Under the pieces are notes generated by a model that was not told the origin of the DNA, made no database searches, and saw only the letters and a list, made by a program, of their open reading frames with translations. From an uncultured Ignavibacteriales bacterium (lineage in GTDB: Bacteria; Zixibacteria; MSB-5A5; GN15; JAAZOE01), in assembly GCA_964611355.1 (NCBI GenBank), contig CAZSYD010000002.1:10409-74408 (forward strand): DNA of 64,000 nt, read 5' to 3'. Below are positions 35,671-46,197 of this stretch, one piece after another. The translations under genes were made by a program, and so were the position numbers. Position 1 is the stretch's first letter. Each line of letters opens with the position of its first letter.

Positions 35671-36150
35671 GTGATGGAAAATTGGAGAAAAAAACCAAGG
35701 GTATTGATAATCGACGATGACGATGATTTCGTCTCCGATATGACGATCATGCTTTCGTCGGAGTTTGAAATAACATCCGCAGGCAGCACATTGGAAGCGC
35801 GGGATCGCTGGGTGAAATATCCGCCAAAATGCGTTCTGCTCGATCTGCATCTTCCCCGGCATTTCGGCGATGACCCGCAAACGGAGGGTTTATCGTTTAT
35901 TGATAATATCAATAACGATCCGGCCATGCGATCTGCCGTGGGTGTTCCCGTTATTGCGGTTACTTCCCGGGCCGATTCGGCTCCTGCCGGGAGGGTGCTG
36001 GAATTGGGAATTGCCGCCGTTTATCAGAAACCGCCGGATTTGAAACGATTAAAGACGGCAATCTGGCACTTAATCGCCGGCAGAGAGGAAACCTTTTCCG
36101 GGCCGGCCAATGTATGGCCGCCAGTTGATGATTCAGAGGTAACAGACTGA
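35671..36150 (+). CDS. Single-domain response regulator (CheY-like)
   Basis: VLIIDDD, LLDLHLP (phosphoacceptor D), VIAVTS, YQKPP. Confidence 0.85.
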   Translation: MMENWRKKPRVLIIDDDDDFVSDMTIMLSSEFEITSAGSTLEARDRWVKYPPKCVLLDLHLPRHFGDDPQTEGLSFIDNINNDPAMRSAVGVPVIAVTSRADSAPAGRVLELGIAAVYQKPPDLKRLKTAIWHLIAGREETFSGPANVWPPVDDSEVTD

Positions 36151-36263
36151 ATCTACTGGAAAGCATAATAACAAAGTTAATAAGCCGCTCGGCAGGGTAA
36201 CAGGTATTTGCCGATCCAAGCCTTAGATCCCAAGGGGGGAGGCTAGGGATTAAGAGGGCGAAA

Positions 36264-36305
36264 AGGCCGGTGGAGTACGTGCTCGCTTCACCGGCTTGAT
36301 TTTTT
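36264..36305 (+). terminator. Intrinsic terminator (possibly bidirectional)
   Basis: GCCGGTGGAG-N10-CTTCACCGGC then TTGATTTTTT; AAAA on the other side. Confidence 0.7.
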
Positions 36306-36486
36306 AAATGCAAGACTCACATACTGAATAATTCCAATAAAGACCGTTGGTAAGGTTGCCCGATCGGCAAAAACAAAGTAGATTTAACAAATTGGAAAAG
36401 ATTGGAAACAGAAAGCGGACGATTTTCGTCTATTCACATATTGATATTAATATAGCGCCACTATATAAAGGTATTCAGGAGGAATT

Positions 36487-39400
36487 ATGAAGAGATTTCG
36501 ATGCCTTGCCATTGCCGTTTTACTAATAGCGGGCAGCATCTCTGCGGCTGAGGAAGGCCGGTTGCTGCGATTTCCCAATGTGCATAAGGATAAGATCGCT
36601 TTTGTCTATGCCGGCGATATTTATATCGCTCCCCGAACCGGAGGACAGGCGATGCGTCTAACCAGTCACGAAGGTCTGGAACTTTTTCCCCGTTTTTCGC
36701 CTGATGGAAAGACGATCGCCTTTACCGGTCAGTATGACGGTGATTTCTCGGTGTATGTTATGTCGGTCGAGGGAGGCGAGCCAAAACGGCTGACCTACCA
36801 TCCGGCCATAAAAAGAACTTCTGATAGAATGGGGCCGGAGAATATCGTTATGGGTTGGCATCCCGACGGCAAATCGATACTCTTTCGGTCACGGAAAGAG
36901 CCTCAGGACGTCTGGGACGGCCGCGCCTATCTGGTCAGCCCGGATGGGGGATTACCGGAACCGCTGCCGATGAAAGTGGCCGGGTTAACCAGTTTCTCGC
37001 CTGATGCCAAAAAGGTGGCCTATTGTCCGATCTTTAGAGATTTCCGTACATGGAAGCGGTACAAGGGCGGCATGGCTCAGGATATTTGGATTTTCGATCT
37101 GGAAAGCCATAAAGCCGAAAAAATGACGGACTGGGTGGGGACGGATAATGTTCCGATGTGGTACCGGGATAGAATCTATTTCAATTCCGATCGGACGGGA
37201 ACGCTGAACCTGTTCTGTTATGATACTAATACGGGTCAGACCCGCCAGGTAACCGAATTTACCGAGTACGACGTCCGCTGGCCCAGCCTCGGTCCTGACG
37301 GCATCGCTTTTGAAAACGGCGGCTATGTTTACGTCCTTGATTTGCCTTCCGAAGAGCATCATAAGGTTTCGGTTCAATTGGCCTCCGATCGTCACGCAGT
37401 AAGAACGGAGTTCATCAAGCTGTCGGATCAAATCCACGAATACGAAATTTCTCCCGATGGAAAACGAGCCGTGTTTTCTGCGCGAGGGGAAGTTATCACT
37501 GTTCCGGCAAAGGAAGGAAACACTCGTAATTTGACGAACAGTTCCGGATCTCATGACAAGCTTCCGGCCTGGTCGCCTGACGGCAAATGGATTGCGTATA
37601 TCTCTGATGAAACGGGTGAAGATGAACTGTACCTGGTATCGCAGGACGGTTCGGAGCGGGTCAGACTCACTACTGACGGAAATTGCCGCCGTTTCGGTAT
37701 GAAATGGTCTCCGAACGGGAAGAAACTGGCGTTTTCCGACAAGAACCTGAAGCTTTACTTCATCGATATTGATAAGAAGGAAACGGTTCAAATTGACAAA
37801 TCCGATTATACGGAATTGCACGATTTCTCATGGTCGCCCGACAGCAGATATCTGGCCTATTCGAAAAGACTGGCTAATGGCATACATGCGTTGTTCGTTT
37901 ACTTCTTTGATGACGGCCAAATCCGTCAGATTACTCCCGGTTATGTCAACGATTTCTCGCCGGTCTTTGATCCGGACGGCAAATATCTCTATTTCCTGTC
38001 CGAACGGAATTTCAACCCGATTCTCAGCCGGTATGATTTCGAGTTCGTCAATAACGCCATCACCAACTTGTATCTGGTAATCCTTTCGGCCGACGAAAAA
38101 TCGCCCTTCGCCCCGAAAAGCGACGAGGTAGAAATAGCGGAAACCGGTAAGCCCGGGAAAGGCGAAAAGAAAGGTAAAGAAGGCGATTCGGAAAAGGATA
38201 ATGACGACGACAAAGTGGTTGAGGTCAAAATCGACTTTGATGGTATTTATGATCGTCAGATGGCTTTTGACCTTCCGGCCGGCAATTATGGCGAGCTTTC
38301 CGCGATATCCGGGGCTGTCTTTTATGCTTCCCGGCCGATGTGGGGCCTGCGGGGCACGGTTGGCAAAGACAAAACGACGCTTCATAAATATGATCTTGAA
38401 GAAGAAAAGGATCACGAATTCGCCTCCGATGTCTCAGGGTACGTTCTGGCGGCCAATAGCGAGAAAATGCTGGTTGAGCGGAAATCGAATTATCACATCA
38501 TCCCCGTTTCCGGGGAGTCGGCCAAATTCGAAGACAACCACCTTGATCTTTCCCATATGAAGATGAAACTTGATCACCGCGCGGAATACGTTCAGATATT
38601 TAACGAGGCCTGGCGGTTGCACCGTGATTTCTTCTACGACGAAAACATGCACGGGGTTGACTGGGAAAAGATGCGGGAGCGTTACCGGGTACTGCTGCCG
38701 TATGCGGCCCACCGTTTTGATCTGACTTACGTTATCGGCGAGATGGCAGGCGAACTGTGCTGCTCGCACACATACGTCGGCGGCGGCGAAAGGCCGAAGA
38801 TCCCGTCAAGCGGGGTCGGGCTGCTGGGCGTTGATTTTGATATCGATAACGAGCATAACCGTATCAAAATCGCCCGCATTCTGAAAGGCGAAAACTGGGA
38901 CGAAGACCTGCGTTCGCCGCTTATGGAACCGGACATTGACGTAAAGGAAGGTGATTACCTGCTGGCTATCGACGGCAAAGAGATTACCGCCGACGTCAAT
39001 CCTTATTCTCTGACCGAGAACTGCGTTGACAGGCTGGTTACTTTAACCGTTAACGACAGGCCGACTATGAAGGGAGCCCGCGAAATGACGGTAAAGCCGC
39101 TGGCCGACGAAAGCGGTCTCCGTTATTACAACTGGGTGGAGGACAACCGGGCTTTTGTCGATTCGGTTTCGGGCGGAAAGATCGGGTATATCCATATTCC
39201 GGATATGGGCGGTTACGGTTTGGTGCGTTTTATCGAAATGTTTTATCACCAGATGCACAAGGAAGGGCTGATTGTCGATGTGCGTTACAATGGCGGCGGC
39301 TTTGTTTCGCATATGGTTCTGGACAGATTACGGGAAAACCTCACCGGGGTCAGTATTTCCCGAAACACTGCGCCGCGCCCACTACCCGGCGACGCCGTTA

Positions 39401-39777
39401 GTGCGCATATGATAACCCTGCACAACGAATATTCCTGCTCCGATGGCGACATTTTCCCTTACTATTTCCGCTTTTACGGCCTGGGGCCGTTGATGGGCAA
39501 GCGGACCTGGGGCGGCGTGGTCGGTATAAATAGATTTAATCGGCTGACAGACGGCGGATATATCACCGTGCCGGGATACACGCAATACAGCTTGGAAAGC
39601 AAATGGGTCATGGAAAATCATGGCGTCGATCCGGACATCGAGGTGGATAACCCGCCGGATCGAATGGCGGATGGGTATGACGACCAGTTGATCAGCGCTG
39701 TGGCATACATGATGAAAAAGATTGAAGAAGAGCCGAGGAAGCTTCCTCCTTATCCCGGCCCGCCGGAAAAACGGTAG
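36487..39777 (+). CDS. Tricorn-like S41 protease, exported
   Basis: AGGAGG RBS; signal peptide; PD40 propellers; PDZ; YIHIPDMG, DVRYNGGG, YSCSDGD (catalytic Ser), GKRTWGG, GVDPDIEV. Confidence 0.93.
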   Translation: MKRFRCLAIAVLLIAGSISAAEEGRLLRFPNVHKDKIAFVYAGDIYIAPRTGGQAMRLTSHEGLELFPRFSPDGKTIAFTGQYDGDFSVYVMSVEGGEPKRLTYHPAIKRTSDRMGPENIVMGWHPDGKSILFRSRKEPQDVWDGRAYLVSPDGGLPEPLPMKVAGLTSFSPDAKKVAYCPIFRDFRTWKRYKGGMAQDIWIFDLESHKAEKMTDWVGTDNVPMWYRDRIYFNSDRTGTLNLFCYDTNTGQTRQVTEFTEYDVRWPSLGPDGIAFENGGYVYVLDLPSEEHHKVSVQLASDRHAVRTEFIKLSDQIHEYEISPDGKRAVFSARGEVITVPAKEGNTRNLTNSSGSHDKLPAWSPDGKWIAYISDETGEDELYLVSQDGSERVRLTTDGNCRRFGMKWSPNGKKLAFSDKNLKLYFIDIDKKETVQIDKSDYTELHDFSWSPDSRYLAYSKRLANGIHALFVYFFDDGQIRQITPGYVNDFSPVFDPDGKYLYFLSERNFNPILSRYDFEFVNNAITNLYLVILSADEKSPFAPKSDEVEIAETGKPGKGEKKGKEGDSEKDNDDDKVVEVKIDFDGIYDRQMAFDLPAGNYGELSAISGAVFYASRPMWGLRGTVGKDKTTLHKYDLEEEKDHEFASDVSGYVLAANSEKMLVERKSNYHIIPVSGESAKFEDNHLDLSHMKMKLDHRAEYVQIFNEAWRLHRDFFYDENMHGVDWEKMRERYRVLLPYAAHRFDLTYVIGEMAGELCCSHTYVGGGERPKIPSSGVGLLGVDFDIDNEHNRIKIARILKGENWDEDLRSPLMEPDIDVKEGDYLLAIDGKEITADVNPYSLTENCVDRLVTLTVNDRPTMKGAREMTVKPLADESGLRYYNWVEDNRAFVDSVSGGKIGYIHIPDMGGYGLVRFIEMFYHQMHKEGLIVDVRYNGGGFVSHMVLDRLRENLTGVSISRNTAPRPLPGDAVSAHMITLHNEYSCSDGDIFPYYFRFYGLGPLMGKRTWGGVVGINRFNRLTDGGYITVPGYTQYSLESKWVMENHGVDPDIEVDNPPDRMADGYDDQLISAVAYMMKKIEEEPRKLPPYPGPPEKR

Positions 39778-39856
39778 AGTCGGCAGAATAATAGACTGCC
39801 GGATTGCTTCAGTCGTGACAGCGACTTCGCAATAAGGTTGGTTATTGTATACAGAA

Positions 39857-39890
39857 AAGCCCTGAGGTTTGACCCTTGGGGCTTCTTATT
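39857..39890. terminator. Terminator between the convergent tricorn genes
   Basis: AAGCCCTGAGG-TTTGAC-CCTTGGGGCTT flanked by A-rich and T-rich tracts. Confidence 0.6.
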
Positions 39891-39912
39891 TGTCTGTTGC
39901 CGTATATGGTTG

Positions 39913-42900
39913 CTACTTTAACTCCTTCATCAATTCTTCAACTGCCCTGACCAATTGCGGGTCGCGGCCGTTTATGAAATCGTCGGGAAGATTTTCGACA
40001 AAAATATCCGGATAGCGCGGTTTAATATCGGTATCTTCCATTTCAAGAGTGAACGCTCCCCACGAAGGCCGTCGAATGCGAGTGCCGTCAATCAGCGCAT
40101 AAGACGAAGTCCCGATCACCGCTCCTGCCGTCGGCTCGCCGATGATTTTCCCCAGTTTTAATTTTCGGAATCCTTCGGCAAATATCTCCGAATTTGAAGC
40201 CGAATAATTGTTGATCAGAAGCGCCATCGGTTTCTCCAGCGCCTTGGATCGCATTTTATTCTCCGAAGTAACCGGGGAATCACGGAAATTGCGCAGGAAA
40301 TACGGCGTCCTGACCAGAATTCCCAGAAGATGCACAGCGATGTAACCGCCGCCGTTGTCGCGGACGTCGATTATAAGAGCTTCTTTCGGTTCGGCGATAG
40401 AGATCAGTTCTTCTTTGAAAGCTTCCAGTCTTTTGGTCGACATGGCGGGAATATGAATGTAAGCCATACGCCCGCCGGAGAGCGAATCGACCAGATGGCG
40501 CTTCTTTTCCACCCTGTCCTTATAGACCTCGCCAGTTATCGATGTCACCGGCTTAAGAGTAAACTCCCGGCCTTTCTTGTCCGGTTTATCGCTTATGGCT
40601 AAAATCAGGCGTTTGTCTGCGGTTCCGGCCAATATTTTGAAAATGTTGTCATTTGGCGAAAGCTGTTTGTCGTTGACGGCCGTTATGTATTGTCCCGGTT
40701 TTATTCCGGCCAGATCAGCCGTGGATTTGCCGACGATATCGGCGATCAGGAAACGTCCGTCGCGCTCAAGCGTCCGATAATCGAACATGATGCCTGTCTC
40801 GCCGGTTTGCACGTTTTGATTCGGCTCTTCCGGGCGGGGATAGATATTGAGATGCGAAGCGCGCAGCTCGCCTATCATTTCCTTGATTAAGTTCCTGAAT
40901 TCCGGTTCCGTTCGAACGTGATCGAGGACAGGTTCATATTTGTCGCGAGCGCCCGCCCAGTCGGCCCCGTGAAAAGCGCTGTCGTAGAAATAGGTATTGA
41001 GCATTTGCCACGATTCGTTGAATTTCTGGCGGTTCAGTTTCGGGACATCAATCTCCAGCGATGCGGTAAATGATAAGGCGGTCGTGTTACCGGTCTCAAT
41101 TTCTGTCCGTTTTATTTTACCTTCTTCGAGATAAAGGACTTCCTTTGAATCTTTGGTAATGGTCAGGTATTTCTTATCCACGCCGCTTTTGGTGATTTGC
41201 TTCAGTTCCGGTTCGTCCTTGATATTGACCGACCAAATTTCCGACTTTTCAAGAACGGAAGAAATAAACAGGTATTTGGCGCCATCCGGCGTCAGCGCCG
41301 GATACACGCTTGACGCTGATAATTCATAGGCTTTTCCAAGGCGCTCTTCGATGCGGTCAAAATCAATTTTTGTTATCGGCGGCTTTTCCTTTTCAGCCTT
41401 GTCGTCCTTTTTGGGAGATTGCTCTTTTTCTTCCGGTTCTTCTATAAACAGGCTGTCAAAAGAAGCTTCAAAGAATTCCGGCGGCTTATGAATCAGGTCG
41501 ATTTTCCAGGTATTGTAATTATCGTTGAAGGTTGAGGTGAAATAAACCGTTTTTCCGTCTTCCGAAAAGCGCGGGCGATAGTTCCATTCGGCGAACCTGG
41601 AAAGGTTTTGAGACTTGCCGTCGAGAGATACCGCATAAATATCGGTTTCATAAGTCGGCCCGGCCATGGTGAAAGCGAGCCATCTGGAGTCGGGCGACCA
41701 GTCGTATTCAATTGTCGGTTCGACTCCGAGGTCGAAAAACATGCCGCCGGTCCATTCCACTTCTTTGTTTGCGCCAAGATCAAGTCTGATAATTTTATCC
41801 AGTCCGCGGTAAAACACAAGGTAGTTGCCGTCCGGCGAAACAAGCGGCTTGACTTCGTTTTCGGGCGAATCGGTCAGGCGGGATTCTTCTCTCGCGGTAA
41901 CGTCGACGGAGTATATGTCATAGTTGCCGTTGCGGTCGGAGCTGTAGTATAAGGTTTTTGAATCGCTGCCCCAGACCGGCGTCTGTTCGCGCGCCGAAGT
42001 AAAGGTTACCCGGATGCCTTCTTTCGGCTCTTTGGCCGGGATGACAAAAATCTCACCGTGAATCACGGCCGCAATTTTCTTTTCGTCAGGCGAAAGAGAG
42101 TACCACTCTACCTTACCCTTGAACGTTTTTTTCTCACTCAGATTTTTGCGCTCGTCGGTTTGAATCTGAATATCCACCCGGCGCGGCCGGCCGTCGGCAG
42201 GATCCATAATCCAGATATGAAAACCCTGTTCAAAAACCAGCATAGTTCCCTGCGGATTGGAGTTCAGCCACTGCGCTCCGTCGCCGGTAAAATCGGTTAG
42301 CTGTATGGTTTCCCCGCCGTCAATCGGTATCTTCCAGACCTGGGCCCATTCACCCCGGCAGGAGACAAAATAAATTTCGCGCCTTTCTTCGTTTAGAATC
42401 GGCCAAACGTCGTGACCGGAAAAATCGGTCAGCCGTCGCGAAGTAAACGTCTCCTGCGATCTGTCCTGTAAAAAAATGTCTGTGTTACGCGAGGCCTTAA
42501 GATCGCGACGCCACCAGCGGGACAATCCTGAACCGTTATTGAATAACAGGCAGCGTCCATCGGTTGATATTTTGCCGTTGTATTCCTGTTCATATGGATA
42601 ACCGGTCAACCTGATCGGTGTGCCACCATCAATGGAGACCTTGAAAATATCCCGCCAGCCTTCACGACTGGATGTAAAGAGAATGCTGTCGCTTTGGGGG
42701 AACCACCCGGTTCCGATATCCCGTCCCGAATGAAAAGTGAGCTGTCTGGATGTACCGCCCCCGGACGGTATGACGTAAATATCGTAATTGTTGTATCTGT
42801 AGGATGAGAACAGAATCATACGGCCGTCAGGCGAAAACTGGGGGCGGATGTCTTCGGCTTCATGAACGGTTAAACGCAGGGCTTCGCCGCCCTCCGACGG

Positions 42901-43059
42901 AACCGTCCAGATATCGCCCCGATAAGTAAAGGCGATAGTTTTGCCGTCAGGCGAGAGAGCCGGGTAGCGGGCGTACAGGATATTGTCGGATAAAGCCGCA
43001 TTCGTAATAAATGCCGAAAAAAGAATTATTATTCCGATGAGATAAACGTTTTTTCCCAA
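39913..43059 (-). CDS. Second tricorn-like S41 protease, exported
   Basis: ARYPALSPDG propeller repeats; YIHIPAM, DVRDNGGG, YSASNSE, GEPTAG; likely start TTG 43059 after GGAG, giving a clean signal peptide. Confidence 0.9.
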   Translation of the reverse strand: MGKNVYLIGIIILFSAFITNAALSDNILYARYPALSPDGKTIAFTYRGDIWTVPSEGGEALRLTVHEAEDIRPQFSPDGRMILFSSYRYNNYDIYVIPSGGGTSRQLTFHSGRDIGTGWFPQSDSILFTSSREGWRDIFKVSIDGGTPIRLTGYPYEQEYNGKISTDGRCLLFNNGSGLSRWWRRDLKASRNTDIFLQDRSQETFTSRRLTDFSGHDVWPILNEERREIYFVSCRGEWAQVWKIPIDGGETIQLTDFTGDGAQWLNSNPQGTMLVFEQGFHIWIMDPADGRPRRVDIQIQTDERKNLSEKKTFKGKVEWYSLSPDEKKIAAVIHGEIFVIPAKEPKEGIRVTFTSAREQTPVWGSDSKTLYYSSDRNGNYDIYSVDVTAREESRLTDSPENEVKPLVSPDGNYLVFYRGLDKIIRLDLGANKEVEWTGGMFFDLGVEPTIEYDWSPDSRWLAFTMAGPTYETDIYAVSLDGKSQNLSRFAEWNYRPRFSEDGKTVYFTSTFNDNYNTWKIDLIHKPPEFFEASFDSLFIEEPEEKEQSPKKDDKAEKEKPPITKIDFDRIEERLGKAYELSASSVYPALTPDGAKYLFISSVLEKSEIWSVNIKDEPELKQITKSGVDKKYLTITKDSKEVLYLEEGKIKRTEIETGNTTALSFTASLEIDVPKLNRQKFNESWQMLNTYFYDSAFHGADWAGARDKYEPVLDHVRTEPEFRNLIKEMIGELRASHLNIYPRPEEPNQNVQTGETGIMFDYRTLERDGRFLIADIVGKSTADLAGIKPGQYITAVNDKQLSPNDNIFKILAGTADKRLILAISDKPDKKGREFTLKPVTSITGEVYKDRVEKKRHLVDSLSGGRMAYIHIPAMSTKRLEAFKEELISIAEPKEALIIDVRDNGGGYIAVHLLGILVRTPYFLRNFRDSPVTSENKMRSKALEKPMALLINNYSASNSEIFAEGFRKLKLGKIIGEPTAGAVIGTSSYALIDGTRIRRPSWGAFTLEMEDTDIKPRYPDIFVENLPDDFINGRDPQLVRAVEELMKELK

Positions 43060-43293
43060 GGTATACACTCCGAGGTTAAAGATCGATTCTTGTCGGTATA
43101 TATTATGTCTCAGGAAGTTTCTGTCAACCCCGGTATTAGCCAAAACGCAGTAGAACCGGAGTTTCCGCGAGGTAAATAGCATGTCTTTCGTATTGAGATT
43201 CACGAAAGCAGTCCCTGCAAATTGCCTTCTTGCCGATCAAGAGGGGAATAGTTTGCTGTTGCTCTCCGATTTTGGCTGACGTATATTTTTGAT

Positions 43294-45039
43294 GTGAGCG
43301 AAAAGAATATCGGCAGCTACAGGATTCTGAAAAAAATCGGCTCCGGCGGCATGGCGACCGTTTATCTGGCCGTCCACCGGGATGTTCCCAATCTGAGAGT
43401 GGTGGTGAAACTTCTCAGCGATCCGGGAATGGTGGAAAGGTTCCGGCAGGAAGCGGACAAATTAGCCCTGCTTGACGGCCACACCAATATCTGCCAGATA
43501 AAGCATTTTTTTAATCATGGCGACGATTTCGCCATTGCCATGGAATATATCGACGGCGTTACCCTTGATGATTTAATCAAAAAGCAGGGGAAGCTGTCGA
43601 TAAACGAGTCGATCCGGATAATCATCGAGGTGTTAGACACGCTCCAGTTTGCCCACGAACGCGGCATTTGTCATCGTGATATCAAGCCAAGCAACTTGAT
43701 GATCGACAAGCAGAGCCGGGTTAAGATTATCGACTTCGGGATAGCCAAGGCCGAAGGTGATCCAAACCTGACGGTGGCTGGCAGTTCCTGCGGCACGCCG
43801 ACCTATATGCCCCCGGAACAGTTTAACCCGACGGAGACAACCGATTATACCTTGGCCGATATCTATGCAGTCGGGACAACTCTTTATTACCTGACGACTG
43901 GAGAACTCCCGTTCAAAGGTGATAATGCCTTTGCCCTCAGGGACGCCAAGCTTTTCTCCGATCCGGTAAGGCCGCGCCGACTCAACAAGGAAATTTCCAA
44001 AGAGCTGGAAGATATAATCCTGAAGGCGCTGGAAAAAAACCCGCAGGACAGGTTTACCACTGCCGAGCAAATGCGCGGAGCGCTCGAAAACCTTCGTAGG
44101 GCGGATAAGCCGGTCGCAGCCGGTTCCGTTGATACTGCCGATACCGATGTTCTAAAACCGGCTCGGAAGAAACGTCCCATTTTCAGGCGTATTCCGATAA
44201 TTGCCGCTCTGGTTGTCGCAGGGGTTGCGGTTGTCTATATGGTTTTTCTCAGGGGCGGGCCGGGAAGGCCGACCCCGCCAAAATTATATGCGCCCCAGGC
44301 CGGGGTAACTGTGGAGACCTGGACGCCAAACCTGCGATGGGAAACAAGCGCGGGCGAGGGAGGCGTTTACGAACTGCATTATGCCTCCGACCCGGAATTC
44401 TCAAATCCCAGGACGATTGCCGGTCTTACCATTGGGGAATTCACCTGGACTAATCCGTTGCCGGAAGGGAAGTATTTCTGGCGAGTGAAGGCCATCAATG
44501 CGGACGGTAAAAAAAGCGATTTCTCGGAAATCTACTCTTTTTTGATTAGCATTGCCGAATCGGCAATTCCCCGGGGAGATATGGAATTGACGGTTTCTCC
44601 TTCAGGAGATATTTATATCGACGATGAACTTCGCGGCCGAGATAAAAATAACCTCCGGCTGACTCTTGATACCGGTACATATATTATCCGCGTGGAAAAT
44701 CGAGGAAGCGTGCAGAAGGCGATAGTCGATACGATATATCTGGCGGAAAATGCAAGAATCAGTCGCAATTTCAGATTCAGCTTTCCTTCGCAAAAACCGG
44801 ATAAGCCAGCACAGGTTTTTGGGCGGCTCGGTGTCGGTTCCAGGCCGGTCAACGGTGCCGTGATTTATATTGACGGTCAGCGTCAGGAGCATCGCACCCC
44901 GTATTCATTCAAGCTGAAGTCCGGGCAATACATCGTAGCGGCGACTCTTGAGCTTGGCGGAAACATGCTGACCATGACTGATACCGTTAATGTTTCCGGC
45001 GGCAGCGATGAAAAACTTGTTTTTAATTTCCAAAAGTAG
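43294..45039 (+). CDS. Membrane Ser/Thr kinase with extracytoplasmic FN3-like and PEGA-like domains
   Basis: GSGGMATV, HRDIKPSN, DFG, GTPTYMPPE; TM IPIIAALVVAGVAVVYMVFL; GKYFWRVKA; AVIYIDG...TPY PEGA-like motif. Confidence 0.88.
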   Translation: MSEKNIGSYRILKKIGSGGMATVYLAVHRDVPNLRVVVKLLSDPGMVERFRQEADKLALLDGHTNICQIKHFFNHGDDFAIAMEYIDGVTLDDLIKKQGKLSINESIRIIIEVLDTLQFAHERGICHRDIKPSNLMIDKQSRVKIIDFGIAKAEGDPNLTVAGSSCGTPTYMPPEQFNPTETTDYTLADIYAVGTTLYYLTTGELPFKGDNAFALRDAKLFSDPVRPRRLNKEISKELEDIILKALEKNPQDRFTTAEQMRGALENLRRADKPVAAGSVDTADTDVLKPARKKRPIFRRIPIIAALVVAGVAVVYMVFLRGGPGRPTPPKLYAPQAGVTVETWTPNLRWETSAGEGGVYELHYASDPEFSNPRTIAGLTIGEFTWTNPLPEGKYFWRVKAINADGKKSDFSEIYSFLISIAESAIPRGDMELTVSPSGDIYIDDELRGRDKNNLRLTLDTGTYIIRVENRGSVQKAIVDTIYLAENARISRNFRFSFPSQKPDKPAQVFGRLGVGSRPVNGAVIYIDGQRQEHRTPYSFKLKSGQYIVAATLELGGNMLTMTDTVNVSGGSDEKLVFNFQK

Positions 45040-45108
45040 TTGTATTTTTCATTATATATATGCCCGCTTTGCGGGAAAGATAACATTTTAATCGCGAAAG
45101 GAGTTGCC

Positions 45109-46161
45109 ATGAATACACACAGACTTTTCCAATTTGTAATCGCAGCCGTCGGCGCCGTTTGTCTGATGTCTATCCTGTTTGTCGCCCCGGTCTGCGCTCA
45201 GGGCGAGTCCCCGGTGGCAGAAAAGCTGGGTCAGGCGCTCAAGTTTTACGGCGATCTGGAGTTCGACAAGGGTCTGGAGACGGCCGGACAGCTTCTGAAT
45301 CAGGAAAATCTTAACATTCGTGACAGCATGGCGATTTATTCGGTCATGAGTATGCTGGTTTACGGCAAGGGAGAAGAGTATATAGTTAAATCTTATACAT
45401 ACCTTGAAAAGATGGCTGCGCTCGGTCCGTGCACTATTCAACTTCCATACGATTTCTGGCCGCAACAATTGCGCGACCAGTGGTATAAAATCGTTCAGGC
45501 CAAAGGATCGCTGGTCTGTCCCGAAGAAGGCGATCAGAAAATCAAGACAATCGCCATAATGGAATTCGATAACTATTCGGTCGGCAAATACCAGGAGGAA
45601 CTTGGCTTTATTACCAGGGGCCTGGCCGACTTCTTTGAATCCGATTTTTCCAAACTCAGCTCTCTCAAGGTGGTGGAACGGGACAAGGTGGATTACGTCC
45701 TGAAAGAAATCGAGTTGAGCAAATCAGGTATGGTGGAGAAATCAACCGCCATCCGGGTCGGTAAGCTGCTGGGCGCTCAGATCATGGTATTCGGGAACGT
45801 TACTCAGCTCGACGACCGGCACGCCAAAATGCTGGTCAAAGCCGTCAAAGTGGAAACGTCGGAGATAGTCGCGTCCGTCGAAAAAGAAGGCAAGCCGGAT
45901 TACTTCAAGATGGAAAAAGAACTGGTCAAAGAGCTGGCCGAAAAACTTGACCTTACGCTCGACAAAGAAACCGTCAGCCTCATCGACGAAAGCGGAACCG
46001 AATCGCTTGATGCCGCCACGCTTTATTCCAGGGGCCTCTGCCACATGGATAAGTACGACTACAAGAAAGCCTACGAATTCTTCAAGATGGCCTACGAAAA
46101 GGATGACACTTTCGCCGAAGCGAAAAGGAAAATGGATATTTATCGTCCGCTGGCATCGTAA
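45109..46161 (+). CDS. Exported TPR plus CsgG/FlgO-like domain protein
   Basis: AAGGAG RBS before ATG 45109; signal peptide; IAIMEFDN...LKVVERDKVDYVLKE...VGKLLGAQIMVFG. Confidence 0.72.
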   Translation: MNTHRLFQFVIAAVGAVCLMSILFVAPVCAQGESPVAEKLGQALKFYGDLEFDKGLETAGQLLNQENLNIRDSMAIYSVMSMLVYGKGEEYIVKSYTYLEKMAALGPCTIQLPYDFWPQQLRDQWYKIVQAKGSLVCPEEGDQKIKTIAIMEFDNYSVGKYQEELGFITRGLADFFESDFSKLSSLKVVERDKVDYVLKEIELSKSGMVEKSTAIRVGKLLGAQIMVFGNVTQLDDRHAKMLVKAVKVETSEIVASVEKEGKPDYFKMEKELVKELAEKLDLTLDKETVSLIDESGTESLDAATLYSRGLCHMDKYDYKKAYEFFKMAYEKDDTFAEAKRKMDIYRPLAS

Positions 46162-46197
46162 TGACCGGCGTACGATTTGGTTATGTAAGAGGAAGTA

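Noticed and set aside
35960-36313. 117-aa minus-strand ORF spanning the structured intergenic region
   Set aside because: Overlaps the receiver gene antisense, has no RBS, and runs through hairpins
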